A stretch of 63,681 nt of DNA, the filler included, from Deltaproteobacteria bacterium (lineage in GTDB: Bacteria > JAUYMQ01): assembly GCA_030698575.1 (NCBI GenBank). It is 9 parts of 9 records of this genome, joined end to end, with 100 filler letters (N's around TTAATTAATTAA, not from the genome) between each part and the next. Parts side by side here need not be neighbours in the genome. Positions count along the whole stretch, not along the records: positions 44,221 to 48,641 come from JAUYMQ010000547.1; positions 48,742 to 57,769 come from JAUYMQ010000548.1; 7 more parts are not named here. One strand, written 5' to 3'. This document shows positions 44,222-53,536 of this stretch, one piece after another. How positions within the stretch are numbered: the first letter of the stretch is position 1; every line of letters starts with the position of its first letter. The notes below the pieces were generated by a model. The model was not told the origin of the DNA. It saw only the letters and a list, made by a program, of their open reading frames with translations, and did no database searches. A program made the translations under genes and the position numbers.

Positions 44222-45334
44222 ATCCCCGAGGGTGTCATCGTTCACCGTTTCGGGCCCATCGTCTATGCCAATCCCAGGGCCGCCTCCGCCATCGGCTACG
44301 ATCTGCCCGATGACTTGATCGGGAAATCCGTCCTGGATCTTCTTGATCCCTCCCAGCGGAAATCGATGGAAGCGCGCTTCCGGGAGATGCGCAAGACCCT
44401 GAAGGCCGCGCCGCCGCGTGAAATGCAGTTCCTTCGAAAAGACGGGCGCAGGACCACGGCGGAGCTGGAGGCGATTCCGATCGAGTTCGACGGCGAGCCC
44501 GCGGTCATCACGATCACGCGCGACGTGAGCGATCGGAAACGCACGCAAGCCCGGCTGCTCCAGGCCGACCGCATGGCTTCGATCGGCACGCTCGCCGCAG
44601 GCGTCGCGCACGAGGTCAACAACCCGCTCGCCTACGTCATCTCAAATCTTGACTACCTCGCGCGAGAGATACCCCGGATTCTCAAGGCGCTATCCGGCGA
44701 GGGCGCGCCGGCGCCGGGGGCGGCGAACGGTCGCGGGGCCGAAGGCCTGGCGGACGGGCTCGACGATATCGAGGCGACGATCCAGGACGCGCGCGAGGGA
44801 GCCGAGCGGGTCTGCCAGATCGTCCGGGATTTGAGGACTTTTTCGAGGGACGGCGAGGATGACCTGTGCCCCGTGGACATCCACCGTGTCCTGGAATCGT
44901 CCATCAACATGGCGCGCAGGGAGATCGAGAAAGGCGCCAGGCTGGTTCGGGAGTTCGAGCCGGTGCCGCCGGTGCAAGCAACCGAGTCACGGCTCGGGCA
45001 GGTGTTCCTCAATCTCCTGATGAACGCGGCCCAGGCGATGCCCGAGAACGGGTCGGGGAAAAACGAGCTTCGGGTGCGGACCAGGCTCGCAGGCAAAGGG
45101 CGGGTGCTCATCGAGATCGAGGACACTGGCGTCGGCATCCCGCCCGAGAACATCGATCAGATCTTTCAGCCCTTCTTCACCACGAAGCCGGTCGGCATCG
45201 GAACCGGCCTCGGGCTCTCCATCTGTCACAACATCGTGACAACCCTGAGTGGCGAGATCGCCGTCAAGAGCAGGCCCGGCCGCTACACCCGGTTCAGCGT
45301 CTGGCTCCCGGTTTCGAACTCTCACGTCGGCTGA
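44222..45334 (+). CDS. PAS sensor histidine kinase (NtrB-like), 5' truncated
   Basis: IPEGVIVH..IVYANP PAS; GVAHEVNNPL, QVFLNLLMNA, PFFTTKPVGIGTGLGL. Confidence 0.9.
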   Translation: MPEGVIVHRFGPIVYANPRAASAIGYDLPDDLIGKSVLDLLDPSQRKSMEARFREMRKTLKAAPPREMQFLRKDGRRTTAELEAIPIEFDGEPAVITITRDVSDRKRTQARLLQADRMASIGTLAAGVAHEVNNPLAYVISNLDYLAREIPRILKALSGEGAPAPGAANGRGAEGLADGLDDIEATIQDAREGAERVCQIVRDLRTFSRDGEDDLCPVDIHRVLESSINMARREIEKGARLVREFEPVPPVQATESRLGQVFLNLLMNAAQAMPENGSGKNELRVRTRLAGKGRVLIEIEDTGVGIPPENIDQIFQPFFTTKPVGIGTGLGLSICHNIVTTLSGEIAVKSRPGRYTRFSVWLPVSNSHVG

Positions 45335-47054
45335 TGAGTTTCATCACGCGATCGAGCGGCAGGACGTTCAGAACGTCCTCCTTCGTGAGCCAGGCCCTCC
45401 GCGCGGTTCCCATGCCACGCTCGATGTCCTTCAGACCCTCCGTCGAATGGGCGTCCGGGTTGATCGAGACGCGCACTCCCTGATCCCTGGCGTACCGGCA
45501 GTGCTGCCAGTCGAGATCCTGCCTCAGCGGATGGGCGTTCAGCTCCACGAATTTCCCGTGCTTCTTCGCCGTGTCGATCATCGCCCGCAGATCCACATCG
45601 TAGCCCTTCCGCGCCAAAAGCAGTCTCCCCGTCGGGTGCCCGATCATCGTGACGTACGGATTCGAAAGCGCCTTGCAGATCCGATCGGTCATCTGCTTCG
45701 CCGGCAGGTTGAAGCGCGAGTGCACGCTGCCGATGACGAAGTCGAAGCGCGCGAGAATCTTGTCGGGATAGTCCATCTTCCCGTCCTGCAGGATGTCGCA
45801 TTCGATCCCCTTCAGAATGCGTATCCCTTTGAGCTTCCCGTTGAGCGCGTCGATCTCCTTGTGCTGTTCGAGAATCTCCGCATCCTTCAAACCTCCGGCG
45901 TAAGCCGCCAACTTCGAATGGTCCGTGAGCCCCATGTAGGTGAGGCCCATCGCCCCAGCCGCCCGTGCCATCTGCTCAATCGAGGCTTTGCCGTCGCTCC
46001 AGGTCGAATGGGTATGGAGCACGCCCTCGAGATCCCCAAGCTCGACGAGGACGGGGATCTCCCCATCCTGCGCGGCGGCCAGTTCACCCGCGTCCTCGCG
46101 CAGCTCCGGAGGGATGTAGGACAGACCCAGGGCATCGAAGAGATCGGCTTCCGTTCCGCACTTGACCGACCGCTTCCCCTTCCAGAGGCCGTACTCGTTC
46201 AGCTTGAACCCCTTCCGCTGGGCCAGAGCGCGCATGGCGATGTTATGCGCCTTCGAGCCGGTGAAGTAGTGCATGGCGAAGGGGAACTCAGCGGGCTTCA
46301 CGGCGCGGAGATCGATCTGCAGGCCGGTCTCGAGCATCACACTCCCCTTTGTTTCACCCGCCGCGAGGATGCGGGCAACCCCGGCGAGCTTCACGAAGCG
46401 CTTCACGACTTCTTCGGGCTGGCCGGTCGCCACGATCAAGTCGGCGTCGTGCACGACCTCCTTCCGGCGCCTGAGAGACCCGGCAACTTCCACGGTCTTG
46501 ACCGCCCGGACCTTGCGGAGCGCTTCGAGGACACCCTCGGCCTGCGCCCAGGCCTCCACCCACAGGAAGCTCCCCGCGTGCTTCTTCGCAAACTCGACCC
46601 CTTCGAGGATCTTCGCCTGCGACTTTTCGCCGAACCCCGGGAGATCGATCAGCCGGTTCTCGTGACATGCATACTCGAGTTCGCGCACCGACCTGACGCC
46701 GAGTTCTTCGTAAAGCACCTTCACTTTCTTTGGACCCAGGCCGGGAATCGCGAGGATGTCGAGCAGCCCTTCGGGAAAGGACGCACGAAGTTCGTCGTAG
46801 TACGCGAGCTTGCCTGTGGTGACGAGCGTGCCGATCTTCTCAGCCAGCGCCTCACCAATTCCCTTGATCTTGCGGAGTTCGTCGCGCGCTACGAGCGCAT
46901 CGAGATCCTCGTCGAGGCCCTCGATCGAGCGCGCCGCATTGTGGTAGGCGCGGGTCTTGAACGGATTCTCGCCCTTCAGTTCCAGGAGCGTTCCGATCTC
47001 CTCGAGGATGCCGGCGATCTCCTGCTTCGCAAGCTTTCGGACAGATTTTGGCAA
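45294..47054 (-). CDS. polX: DNA polymerase X with PHP domain
   Basis: GENPFK, AGSLRR..DAD, FTGSKAHN, IPPELRE, HTHS, TDHS, HPTGR, DAH. Confidence 0.93.
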   Translation of the reverse strand: MPKSVRKLAKQEIAGILEEIGTLLELKGENPFKTRAYHNAARSIEGLDEDLDALVARDELRKIKGIGEALAEKIGTLVTTGKLAYYDELRASFPEGLLDILAIPGLGPKKVKVLYEELGVRSVRELEYACHENRLIDLPGFGEKSQAKILEGVEFAKKHAGSFLWVEAWAQAEGVLEALRKVRAVKTVEVAGSLRRRKEVVHDADLIVATGQPEEVVKRFVKLAGVARILAAGETKGSVMLETGLQIDLRAVKPAEFPFAMHYFTGSKAHNIAMRALAQRKGFKLNEYGLWKGKRSVKCGTEADLFDALGLSYIPPELREDAGELAAAQDGEIPVLVELGDLEGVLHTHSTWSDGKASIEQMARAAGAMGLTYMGLTDHSKLAAYAGGLKDAEILEQHKEIDALNGKLKGIRILKGIECDILQDGKMDYPDKILARFDFVIGSVHSRFNLPAKQMTDRICKALSNPYVTMIGHPTGRLLLARKGYDVDLRAMIDTAKKHGKFVELNAHPLRQDLDWQHCRYARDQGVRVSINPDAHSTEGLKDIERGMGTARRAWLTKEDVLNVLPLDRVMKLISRRESSKPGARR

Positions 47055-47058
47055 GGGG

Positions 47059-47451
47059 TCAGGCCTGGAGATAGGGCGGACGGCGCCGGACGATTTTCAC
47101 GCCCGCGGCTCCGACGCCCGACATGAAGGGGGGACGCGGCTTCCGGAGTGTGACCGACACGCTGGCGATGCCGGGAAAGAGCGCAAGGAGTTCCGCCGCG
47201 ATGCGCTCGGCAAGCCCCTCGAGGAGCGACCAGGTGCGGGCGGCCGCCACCTCGATCGCCAAGCGCCGGATATCGGCGTAGTCCTGGGTGTCGGCGAGAT
47301 TGTCGCTGAGGCCCGCCTTCTCGAGATCCACCGTGACGGCGATGTCGGCTTCCAGGGTCTGGAGCATCTCTCGTTCGGACGGGGTCACGCCGATGCGGAC
47401 CGGGAGCAGAAGACCTTCGAGGAAAATACGGTCCATCAGGGGCGCTCCCAT
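47059..47451 (-). CDS. folB: Dihydroneopterin aldolase
   Basis: DRIFLEGL...IGVTPSER..Q...DY...LLEGLAERIA...RKP. Confidence 0.88.
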   Translation of the reverse strand: MGAPLMDRIFLEGLLLPVRIGVTPSEREMLQTLEADIAVTVDLEKAGLSDNLADTQDYADIRRLAIEVAAARTWSLLEGLAERIAAELLALFPGIASVSVTLRKPRPPFMSGVGAAGVKIVRRRPPYLQA

Positions 47452-47490
47452 GCGGCCCGGCGCGTGACGTCGCGCACGGGCCGCCGGAGG

Positions 47491-47766
47491 TCAGCCTCCC
47501 GCGAGGGGAGAAAGCATGTACACCGAATCGCCGTCCTTCAGTTCACGCTCCAGGCCCGAGGGCCAGTCGAGGCGCTCGCCCGAGAGCATGATGCTCTCCC
47601 GGATCACCTCGTGCTCATCGAGGATCCGGTCGAAGTTCACGCGCCGCTCCTTGCCCGCCTTCTTCAGCGCCTTCCGGAGGATGGTCCCCTCCGGAAGCTC
47701 CATGTCGAATTCGTGATCCATGAACGTGCCGAGCACGTAGCCCTTTAGCAGGAAGTGGACCTTCAT
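47491..47766 (-). CDS. MoaD/ThiS-like ubiquitin-fold sulfur carrier
   Basis: 91 aa, LKDGDSVYMLSPLAGG C-terminal GG. Confidence 0.8.
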   Translation of the reverse strand: MKVHFLLKGYVLGTFMDHEFDMELPEGTILRKALKKAGKERRVNFDRILDEHEVIRESIMLSGERLDWPSGLERELKDGDSVYMLSPLAGG

Positions 47767-47817
47767 CTGTCTCCCTTGAAACGGAGCCTCGTGGCGCGAC
47801 CATCACCGGGCTGGACC

Positions 47818-48372
47818 TCAGCAGAAGACCGCCAGGAAGATGAATCCCGGGATGATCCCCAGCAGGAACCCGATGACGATGATGATGATCTCGCCCGTGG
47901 TGTAGTCGCACCCTGATCTCTTCTCGAACAAATGGGCGTCGACCACTTTCAGATCATCGGCCGAGGCAAGGCGAACCAGTCCGCCGAAGGCCGCCGCCAC
48001 TTCCTCCGGGCTCTGCGCTGCCTGCACCTGAACCTCGTAGGCGTCGAGCTTGCCCGAGGCCTGCTTGATGGCGCCGTTGAACGGAACTACCCACTTCGCC
48101 CGCGAGAGGGCCTTTCGCGCGAGCCCGGTCTGATCGAGCGACAGTTCCCTCGCCTCGTCCACGCTACCGGCAGCCGCGATGCGGGCGCGCATCTCGGCGA
48201 GCTCCGCTCGCTCCTTTTCGCAGTCGCAACCGCCCCCGTCGAGGCCGTAGCCCCTGAGCAGCGCAGTCGCGCCTTCCGGCGCGATCGCGGCCGCAGAGGG
48301 CGTCGCGTAACCCAGACCCACGAAACCAAGAACAAATAGCAGCAGAGCGGTCCACGCGAACTTGCTTCCCAT
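47818..48372 (-). CDS. Hypothetical exported protein with C-terminal membrane anchor
   Basis: AGAGGAGG RBS, signal peptide, C-terminal IIIIVIGFLLGIIPGFIFLAVFC. Confidence 0.65.
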   Translation of the reverse strand: MGSKFAWTALLLFVLGFVGLGYATPSAAAIAPEGATALLRGYGLDGGGCDCEKERAELAEMRARIAAAGSVDEARELSLDQTGLARKALSRAKWVVPFNGAIKQASGKLDAYEVQVQAAQSPEEVAAAFGGLVRLASADDLKVVDAHLFEKRSGCDYTTGEIIIIVIGFLLGIIPGFIFLAVFC

Positions 48373-48504
48373 GGTTACTCCTCCTCTATTAGGTGGCCTC
48401 CCCTCCGCGACCGGCGGGAGGTAGAACAGCCGGATATTACCGGGAGCGCGCGGCTGAAGCAACGTCCGAACGGCAGCCCCCCGACCTTTTCTCGGGGTCG
48501 CAGG

Positions 48505-48641
48505 ATCGGGATAGGGGACCGCGGGGTTCGCCCCGCCGTTCCCCTCCCACACCACCGGACATGCGGGTCCGCATCCGGCGGTTCGAAAGGTTGAGGTCAC
48601 GCGACGAGCCGGGGCACCCCCAGCTCGTCGAAGTAGCCGTT
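48505..48641 (-). mobile_element. Group II (IIC-type) intron 3' end: RT/maturase C-terminus, domains V and VI
   Basis: NGYFDELGVPRLVA* (48597-48641); DV GAACCGCCGGATGCGGACCCGCATGTCCGGTGGT; DVI ending CCCCTATCCCGAT. Confidence 0.88.
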
Positions 48642-48741
48642 NNNNNNNNNNNNNNNNNNNNNNNNNNNNNNNNNNNNNNNNNNNNTTAATTAATTAANNN
48701 NNNNNNNNNNNNNNNNNNNNNNNNNNNNNNNNNNNNNNNNN
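48642..48741. other. Artificial contig linker
   Basis: N44-TTAATTAATTAA-N44. Confidence 0.98.
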
Positions 48742-48945
48742 CCGCGCCTCGTTTCCCGCAAAGCAGGAGAGCATCGTCGGCGTGCGGACACCCAGATGGC
48801 TCAGGAGCTTGCGCGTTTTGCGCGTGTCCTCCGCGGCGATAAAATCGGCCTCCGCCAGCGCGCGGCGGGCGCGGGGGGAGACATCCTCGAGATTGCCGAT
48901 GGGCGTCGCCACAACGTACAGTACGCCCGCATCGCGTTGGGTCAC
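48742..48945 (-). CDS. rsmI: 16S rRNA (cytidine-2'-O)-methyltransferase, N-terminal part
   Basis: [13 protein letters not shown]...[10 protein letters not shown]. Confidence 0.92.
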
Positions 48946-48954
48946 CCGTCACCC

Positions 48955-49019
48955 CGCTGGATTGGCCTTCTGGATTGGCCCTTTGAATCGGCCCGCTGGA
49001 TTGGCCCGCCGGATTGGAT
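48955..49019. repeat. Five 13-bp tandem repeats in the rsmI/pfk divergent intergenic region
   Basis: CGCTGGATTGGCC/TTCTGGATTGGCC/CTTTGAATCGGCC/CGCTGGATTGGCC/CGCCGGATTGGAT. Confidence 0.8.
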
Positions 49020-49148
49020 CGATCGCGGCGCGAATGTTAACACAGCAGCGGCGGCGCCGGGCCGGGCGCTTTCATCGCCATGCGCCGTTCTGCTAATCTC
49101 TCCGGCATCGTCGACCATGAAGACGGCCTGAAAGCCGCGGAGGACCCT

Positions 49149-50177
49149 ATGAAACGAGTCGGAGTGCTGACGGGCGGCGGGGACTGCCCGGGGCTGAACG
49201 CCGCCATACGAGCGATCGTCCGCCGTAGCCACCAACACGGGTTCGAGTCGGTGGGAATCCTCGAGGGGTGGCGCGGGCTGACCGAGGGGCTCACCCGCGA
49301 TCTCGATCGCGATGCCGTATCGGGAATCCTGCACGTGGGGGGAACGATTCTTAAAACCTCACGCACGAACCCGAGCAAGATGGAGGGAGGCTTCGAAAAG
49401 GTCGAAGCCAACTTCAAGAAGATCGGCCTCGACGCCCTGGTGGCGATCGGAGGCGAGGACACGCTTGGCGTGGCAAGGAGCCTTCACGAGCGCGGCCTTC
49501 CCGTGGTGGGTGTTCCAAAAACAATCGACAACGATCTGGGCGGCACGGATTTCACCTTCGGCTTCAACACCGCCGTCAGCATTGTCACCGAGGCCATCGA
49601 CAGGCTGCACTCGACGGCTGAAAGCCACAACCGCGCGATCGTGGTGGAGGTCATGGGGCGCCATACCGGCTGGATAGCCACCTACGCGGGCATCGCCGGC
49701 GGCGCCGACGTGATCCTGGTGCCGGAGTTCCCCGTCGATCTCGAGAACGTCTGCAACCACCTGCGCTCCCGCCACAAGCTCGGGCGGAGCTTCAGCATCG
49801 TCGTCGTGGCAGAGGGGGCCAGGATCGGCAAGGACGAGAACATCGTGTCGAGCCGGGGGACGGATGCGTTCGGCCACGCGCGGCTGGGCGGCATCGGAAT
49901 GATACTGGCCGAGGAGATCGAGAAGCGAACGGGCTTCGAAACCCGCGTGACGTCCCTGGGGCACGTCCAGCGCGGCGGATCACCCACGGCCTTCGACCGC
50001 GTGCTGGCCACGCGCTACGGGGTCTTCGCGGCTGATCTCGTGAAGGAGGGGAAGTTCGGCAAGATGGCGGCGCTCCGCGGGAACGATATCGTCGCGGTTG
50101 ATCTCGCCGACGCCGTGAAATCGCTCAAGACCGTGGATCCGCGCCTCTTCGAGCTGGCCGGGGTGTTCTTCGGCTGA
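49149..50177 (+). CDS. pfkA: 6-phosphofructokinase (group III, probably PPi-dependent)
   Basis: TGGGDCPGLN, GGEDT, PKTIDND, EVMGR, LGHVQRGG. Confidence 0.92.
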   Translation: MKRVGVLTGGGDCPGLNAAIRAIVRRSHQHGFESVGILEGWRGLTEGLTRDLDRDAVSGILHVGGTILKTSRTNPSKMEGGFEKVEANFKKIGLDALVAIGGEDTLGVARSLHERGLPVVGVPKTIDNDLGGTDFTFGFNTAVSIVTEAIDRLHSTAESHNRAIVVEVMGRHTGWIATYAGIAGGADVILVPEFPVDLENVCNHLRSRHKLGRSFSIVVVAEGARIGKDENIVSSRGTDAFGHARLGGIGMILAEEIEKRTGFETRVTSLGHVQRGGSPTAFDRVLATRYGVFAADLVKEGKFGKMAALRGNDIVAVDLADAVKSLKTVDPRLFELAGVFFG

Positions 50178-50185
50178 TCGCCCGC

Positions 50186-50554
50186 TCAGCCCTCGATCTC
50201 GAAGGCATTTCTCAGAATTTCGATCCGCCACCCCGACGGGGTTTCCAGCAGGGTCACGACGTCGAAGCGCGCGGGCCGCTCGAGCATGCGGTTGGCGGCG
50301 AGGTAATGCAGCGCCGCCCGTGCGATGCGCCGGCGCTTGGCGCGCGTCACGGCCGCGGCGGGCCCGCCGAAGGCCTCTCCCCGCCTCGCCTTCACCTCCA
50401 CAAAGACGATCTGTTCGCCCTCCTCCGCAACGATATCCACCTCGCCTTGCGGGCAGCGGTAATTCCGCGCGAGCAGGCGGTAGCCCGCCTCGCGCAGCAC
50501 CGCCGCGGCCCGTTCCTCGCCGAAAATACCGGTCTGTCGGCGCGCCCGCGTCAA
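50186..50554 (-). CDS. yraN: YraN family protein
   Basis: GEVDIV...FVEVKAR...RFDVV. Confidence 0.9.
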   Translation of the reverse strand: MTRARRQTGIFGEERAAAVLREAGYRLLARNYRCPQGEVDIVAEEGEQIVFVEVKARRGEAFGGPAAAVTRAKRRRIARAALHYLAANRMLERPARFDVVTLLETPSGWRIEILRNAFEIEG

Positions 50555-50606
50555 GTCGGCCTCGGGGGCGGGGCGCGCCCGGTCAAGAAAAGCTCGTTGG
50601 AAAAGT

Positions 50607-51236
50607 TCAGGGAGTGACGCCGTTGAAGGTCCGGCGGTGCGCCGGGCAGGGCCCGAAGTTCCTGAGCGCGGCGCGGTGCTCCGGGGTGGGGTACCCCTTG
50701 TGCCGCGCGAAGTTGTAGCGGGGCCATCGTGCGTGAAGCGCGCGCATGATTCGATCGCGCGTCACCTTGGCGACGATCGAGGCAGCTCCGATCGATATGC
50801 TCCGGCCGTCGCCTCCGACGATCGGCCGCTGGAAAAGCGCGAGCCCGATGCCGTCGCGGCCGTCGATGAGCAGGCAGTCGGGCCTCTCGGGAAGCTCGCC
50901 GACCGCCAGCCGCATCGCTTCGAGCGAGGCCTGGAGAATGTTCATGCGGTCGATGTCGGCCGGTTCGACCACCCCCACTCCCCAGGCGCAGGTCGCCGTG
51001 ATCCTGACAAAAAGCGCCTCGCGGACAGGCTCCGGGAGGCGCTTCGAATCATCGATGCCTTCGATGGGACGCGACGGGTCGAGTATGACCGCCGCCGCCA
51101 CGACCGGGCCGGCCAGGGGGCCGCGTCCCGCCTCGTCCACGCCCGCCACCCGACTGAAACCGCGGCGGGCGTAGTAGCGCTCGAAATAGTCACCCGGCGG
51201 CGCGTGGCGCAGAATGAGTTCCGGCGTTGCGGCCAA
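50607..51236 (-). CDS. rnhB: Ribonuclease HII (start uncertain, TTG 51236)
   Basis: AGVDEAGRGPLAGPV, DSK, IDG, AASIVAKVTRD, HKGYPT. Confidence 0.95.
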   Translation of the reverse strand: MAATPELILRHAPPGDYFERYYARRGFSRVAGVDEAGRGPLAGPVVAAAVILDPSRPIEGIDDSKRLPEPVREALFVRITATCAWGVGVVEPADIDRMNILQASLEAMRLAVGELPERPDCLLIDGRDGIGLALFQRPIVGGDGRSISIGAASIVAKVTRDRIMRALHARWPRYNFARHKGYPTPEHRAALRNFGPCPAHRRTFNGVTP

Positions 51237-51258
51237 GGCTCCCCCCTGACAGCAGCTT

Positions 51259-51714
51259 TCAGCTTTTCTCGGTCCCCTCGTGGGCCTCGCCCTCCGCAAC
51301 TTCAGCGGGGGCCTCGGGCGCGGCGGTCGGCTCCTCGTCCGGCGGCACGATCAGTTCCGGCTCGGCGAACCCGACGCGCTTGGCCCGGATCCTCGCCTTC
51401 TTCCCACGCAGCTTCCGAAGGTAGTAGAGCCGCGCCTGCCGCACGCGTCCCTGCTGGACGACCTCGACCTGCGTGACGGTCGGGGAGTGGAGCGGAAAGA
51501 TCCGCTCGACGCCGACGCCGTAGGAAATTTTGCGCACTGTGAAACTCGCGCTCCGGCCTCCCCCGCGCTTCCGGATCACCACACCCTGGAAGATCTGGAT
51601 CCGCTCCTTCTCGCCCTCGACGATCTTGACGTGGACGCGGATCGTGTCGCCCGGTCTGAAATCAGCGACACCTTCTTTCACGAGTTCACGATCGAATTTA
51701 TCCAGCAGGCTCAT
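51259..51714 (-). CDS. rplS: 50S ribosomal protein L19
   Basis: [32 protein letters not shown]. Confidence 0.96.
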   Translation of the reverse strand: MSLLDKFDRELVKEGVADFRPGDTIRVHVKIVEGEKERIQIFQGVVIRKRGGGRSASFTVRKISYGVGVERIFPLHSPTVTQVEVVQQGRVRQARLYYLRKLRGKKARIRAKRVGFAEPELIVPPDEEPTAAPEAPAEVAEGEAHEGTEKS

Positions 51715-51735
51715 CACGGCCTCCCTTCCCCCTTT

Positions 51736-52638
51736 CTATTCGCGGCGCGCGCTCCCGCGCCCGCCGCGATCGTTCTCTCCGGAGGCATTCGCCTCACCGG
51801 CGATCGCGCCCTCCTCGCGCCTCACTTCCGCGAGCAGAACGCGATCCTCATCCGAAAGCCTGGCCCGCGCTATCAGGTCGGGCCGCCTCAGCAGCGTGCG
51901 CCGCAGCGATTCCTTCCGCCGCCACCGGGCGACCTTCCCGTGATCCCCGCTCAGGAGAACCTCGGGAACCTTCCAGCCCCTGAAGGACTCCGGCCGCGTG
52001 AATTGCGGGCATTCTAGCAAACCGTCCTCAAAGCTGTCTGCCGCCGTGCTCTCGGCGTTTCCGACCACCCCCGGGACCAGGCGCGCCACGGCGTCCACGA
52101 GGACAATCGCGGCCGGCTCGCCTCCCCCCAGCACGTAGTCGCCGACAGATATCTCCTCGTCCACCGAGGCGGCCACCCGCTCGTCCACGCCGCCATAGCG
52201 CCCGCAGACGATGATCAGATGGCGCTGGGTGGCCAGCGCCCTTGCCCGCGCCTGCGTCAGCAGCGCGCCGGCCGGGGTGAGCAGAACGACCCGGCTGCCG
52301 CGCCCGCGCAATTTCTCGATGCTTCGCACCACGGGGCCGGCCAGCATCACCATTCCGTCGCCGCCGCCGTAGGGGGCGTCGTCCGCGACCCGGTGCCGCC
52401 CCTCCCCTTCCTCGCGCAGGTCGTGGGCCCTTATTTCGAGAAGCCCCCGGGCGCTCGCCTTGGCCAGGAGCGAGTGCTCGAAGGCCGAATCAAAGATCCC
52501 GGGAAACAGCGTGAGCAGATCGATTCGCAGCGCGCCTTTTTTCCCCCGGCTGCCCGCCGTCTTCGACCTGCTACTCGCGGCTCTTTTCCGTGCGGGTCCC
52601 TTCACCGTGGCCCGGCGCGCTTTTCGCTTTTCCGCCAC
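51736..52638 (-). CDS. trmD: tRNA (guanine-N1)-methyltransferase (start uncertain)
   Basis: IDLLTLFP, DDAPYGGG.GM, CGRYGGVDER, SVGDYVLGGGE, LLSGDH. Confidence 0.93.
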   Translation of the reverse strand: MAEKRKARRATVKGPARKRAASSRSKTAGSRGKKGALRIDLLTLFPGIFDSAFEHSLLAKASARGLLEIRAHDLREEGEGRHRVADDAPYGGGDGMVMLAGPVVRSIEKLRGRGSRVVLLTPAGALLTQARARALATQRHLIIVCGRYGGVDERVAASVDEEISVGDYVLGGGEPAAIVLVDAVARLVPGVVGNAESTAADSFEDGLLECPQFTRPESFRGWKVPEVLLSGDHGKVARWRRKESLRRTLLRRPDLIARARLSDEDRVLLAEVRREEGAIAGEANASGENDRGGRGSARRE

Positions 52639-53257
52639 CGGCCCTCCCCGGCTCCCGACGCGATACCCCGGGCTCCCCGCGCCGCTCTTCCCAGACCGCG
52701 GGCGGATGCACGCGGATGACACCCTCGTCGAGTCGGACTTCCTGCAGCGCGGCCGCCGTGAAGGGGATCAGATGCTCTTCGGGTGACACACCGGGAAGCG
52801 CGTCTGAAGCGGCGCCGCCGCCCTGCTTCACGACGAGAAGATCGAAAGCCGGCGTCTCGAGGATCTCCTCCACCTGGCCCAGCGGTTGACCATCGGCCAG
52901 GACGCGCAAGCCGACCAGATCGGCCCAGTAGTATTCGCCAGCGGCGGGCGTCGGGAAGTCGCTCCGCGGCCGGAACAGCCGCGCCCCGGTCAGCGCCCGC
53001 GCCCCCTCCGGTGTATCGACGCCCCGGAGCTTCAGCAGCGGGCGCGGCGGCCCGCCGCGGAGCGATTCGATCTCTATCCGGCGGGCGTCGAGCTGCGACC
53101 ACCCCAGATATACGCGGCCCGAGCCCTCGAGCAGTTCGCCCGTGCGGCCGAGAAGATCGAGCTTCATCTCGCCGCGAAGCCCGTGGGCCTTCCCGATCCG
53201 CGCGAGGGTCACGAGGCGGTTTTCCGCCTCTGCGCTACTCGGCGGAGGGCGCTTCAA
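52571..53257 (-). CDS. rimM: Ribosome maturation factor RimM
   Basis: [22 protein letters not shown]. Confidence 0.9.
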   Translation of the reverse strand: MKRPPPSSAEAENRLVTLARIGKAHGLRGEMKLDLLGRTGELLEGSGRVYLGWSQLDARRIEIESLRGGPPRPLLKLRGVDTPEGARALTGARLFRPRSDFPTPAAGEYYWADLVGLRVLADGQPLGQVEEILETPAFDLLVVKQGGGAASDALPGVSPEEHLIPFTAAALQEVRLDEGVIRVHPPAVWEERRGEPGVSRREPGRAGGGKAKSAPGHGEGTRTEKSRE

Positions 53258-53492
53258 CCTTCTGCTTCTGCATCAAGGTCTTCACCGTCGGGGTCACCTG
53301 CGCCCCCTTGTCGATCCATCGCTGAACGGCCGCCAGGTCGAGAGTGGCTTCCGCGGCGTCCTTCGTCGGGTCATAGCTCCCGAGGATCTCGATGTAACGG
53401 CCGTCGCGCGGATTCCGTGAGTCCGTCGCGACCACCCTGTACCGGGGGCGCTTCTTGGTCCCGGTTCTGGTGAGTCTGATTGTCAATGGCAT
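53235..53492 (-). CDS. rpsP: 30S ribosomal protein S16
   Basis: IRLTRTG.KKRP.YRVV..DSR.PRDG..IE.LG.YDP. Confidence 0.96.
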   Translation of the reverse strand: MPLTIRLTRTGTKKRPRYRVVATDSRNPRDGRYIEILGSYDPTKDAAEATLDLAAVQRWIDKGAQVTPTVKTLMQKQKVEAPSAE

Positions 53493-53536
53493 AGGCGTTC
53501 AATGCCTCCTGGTGTGCGAGCAATTGCAAGACTACC

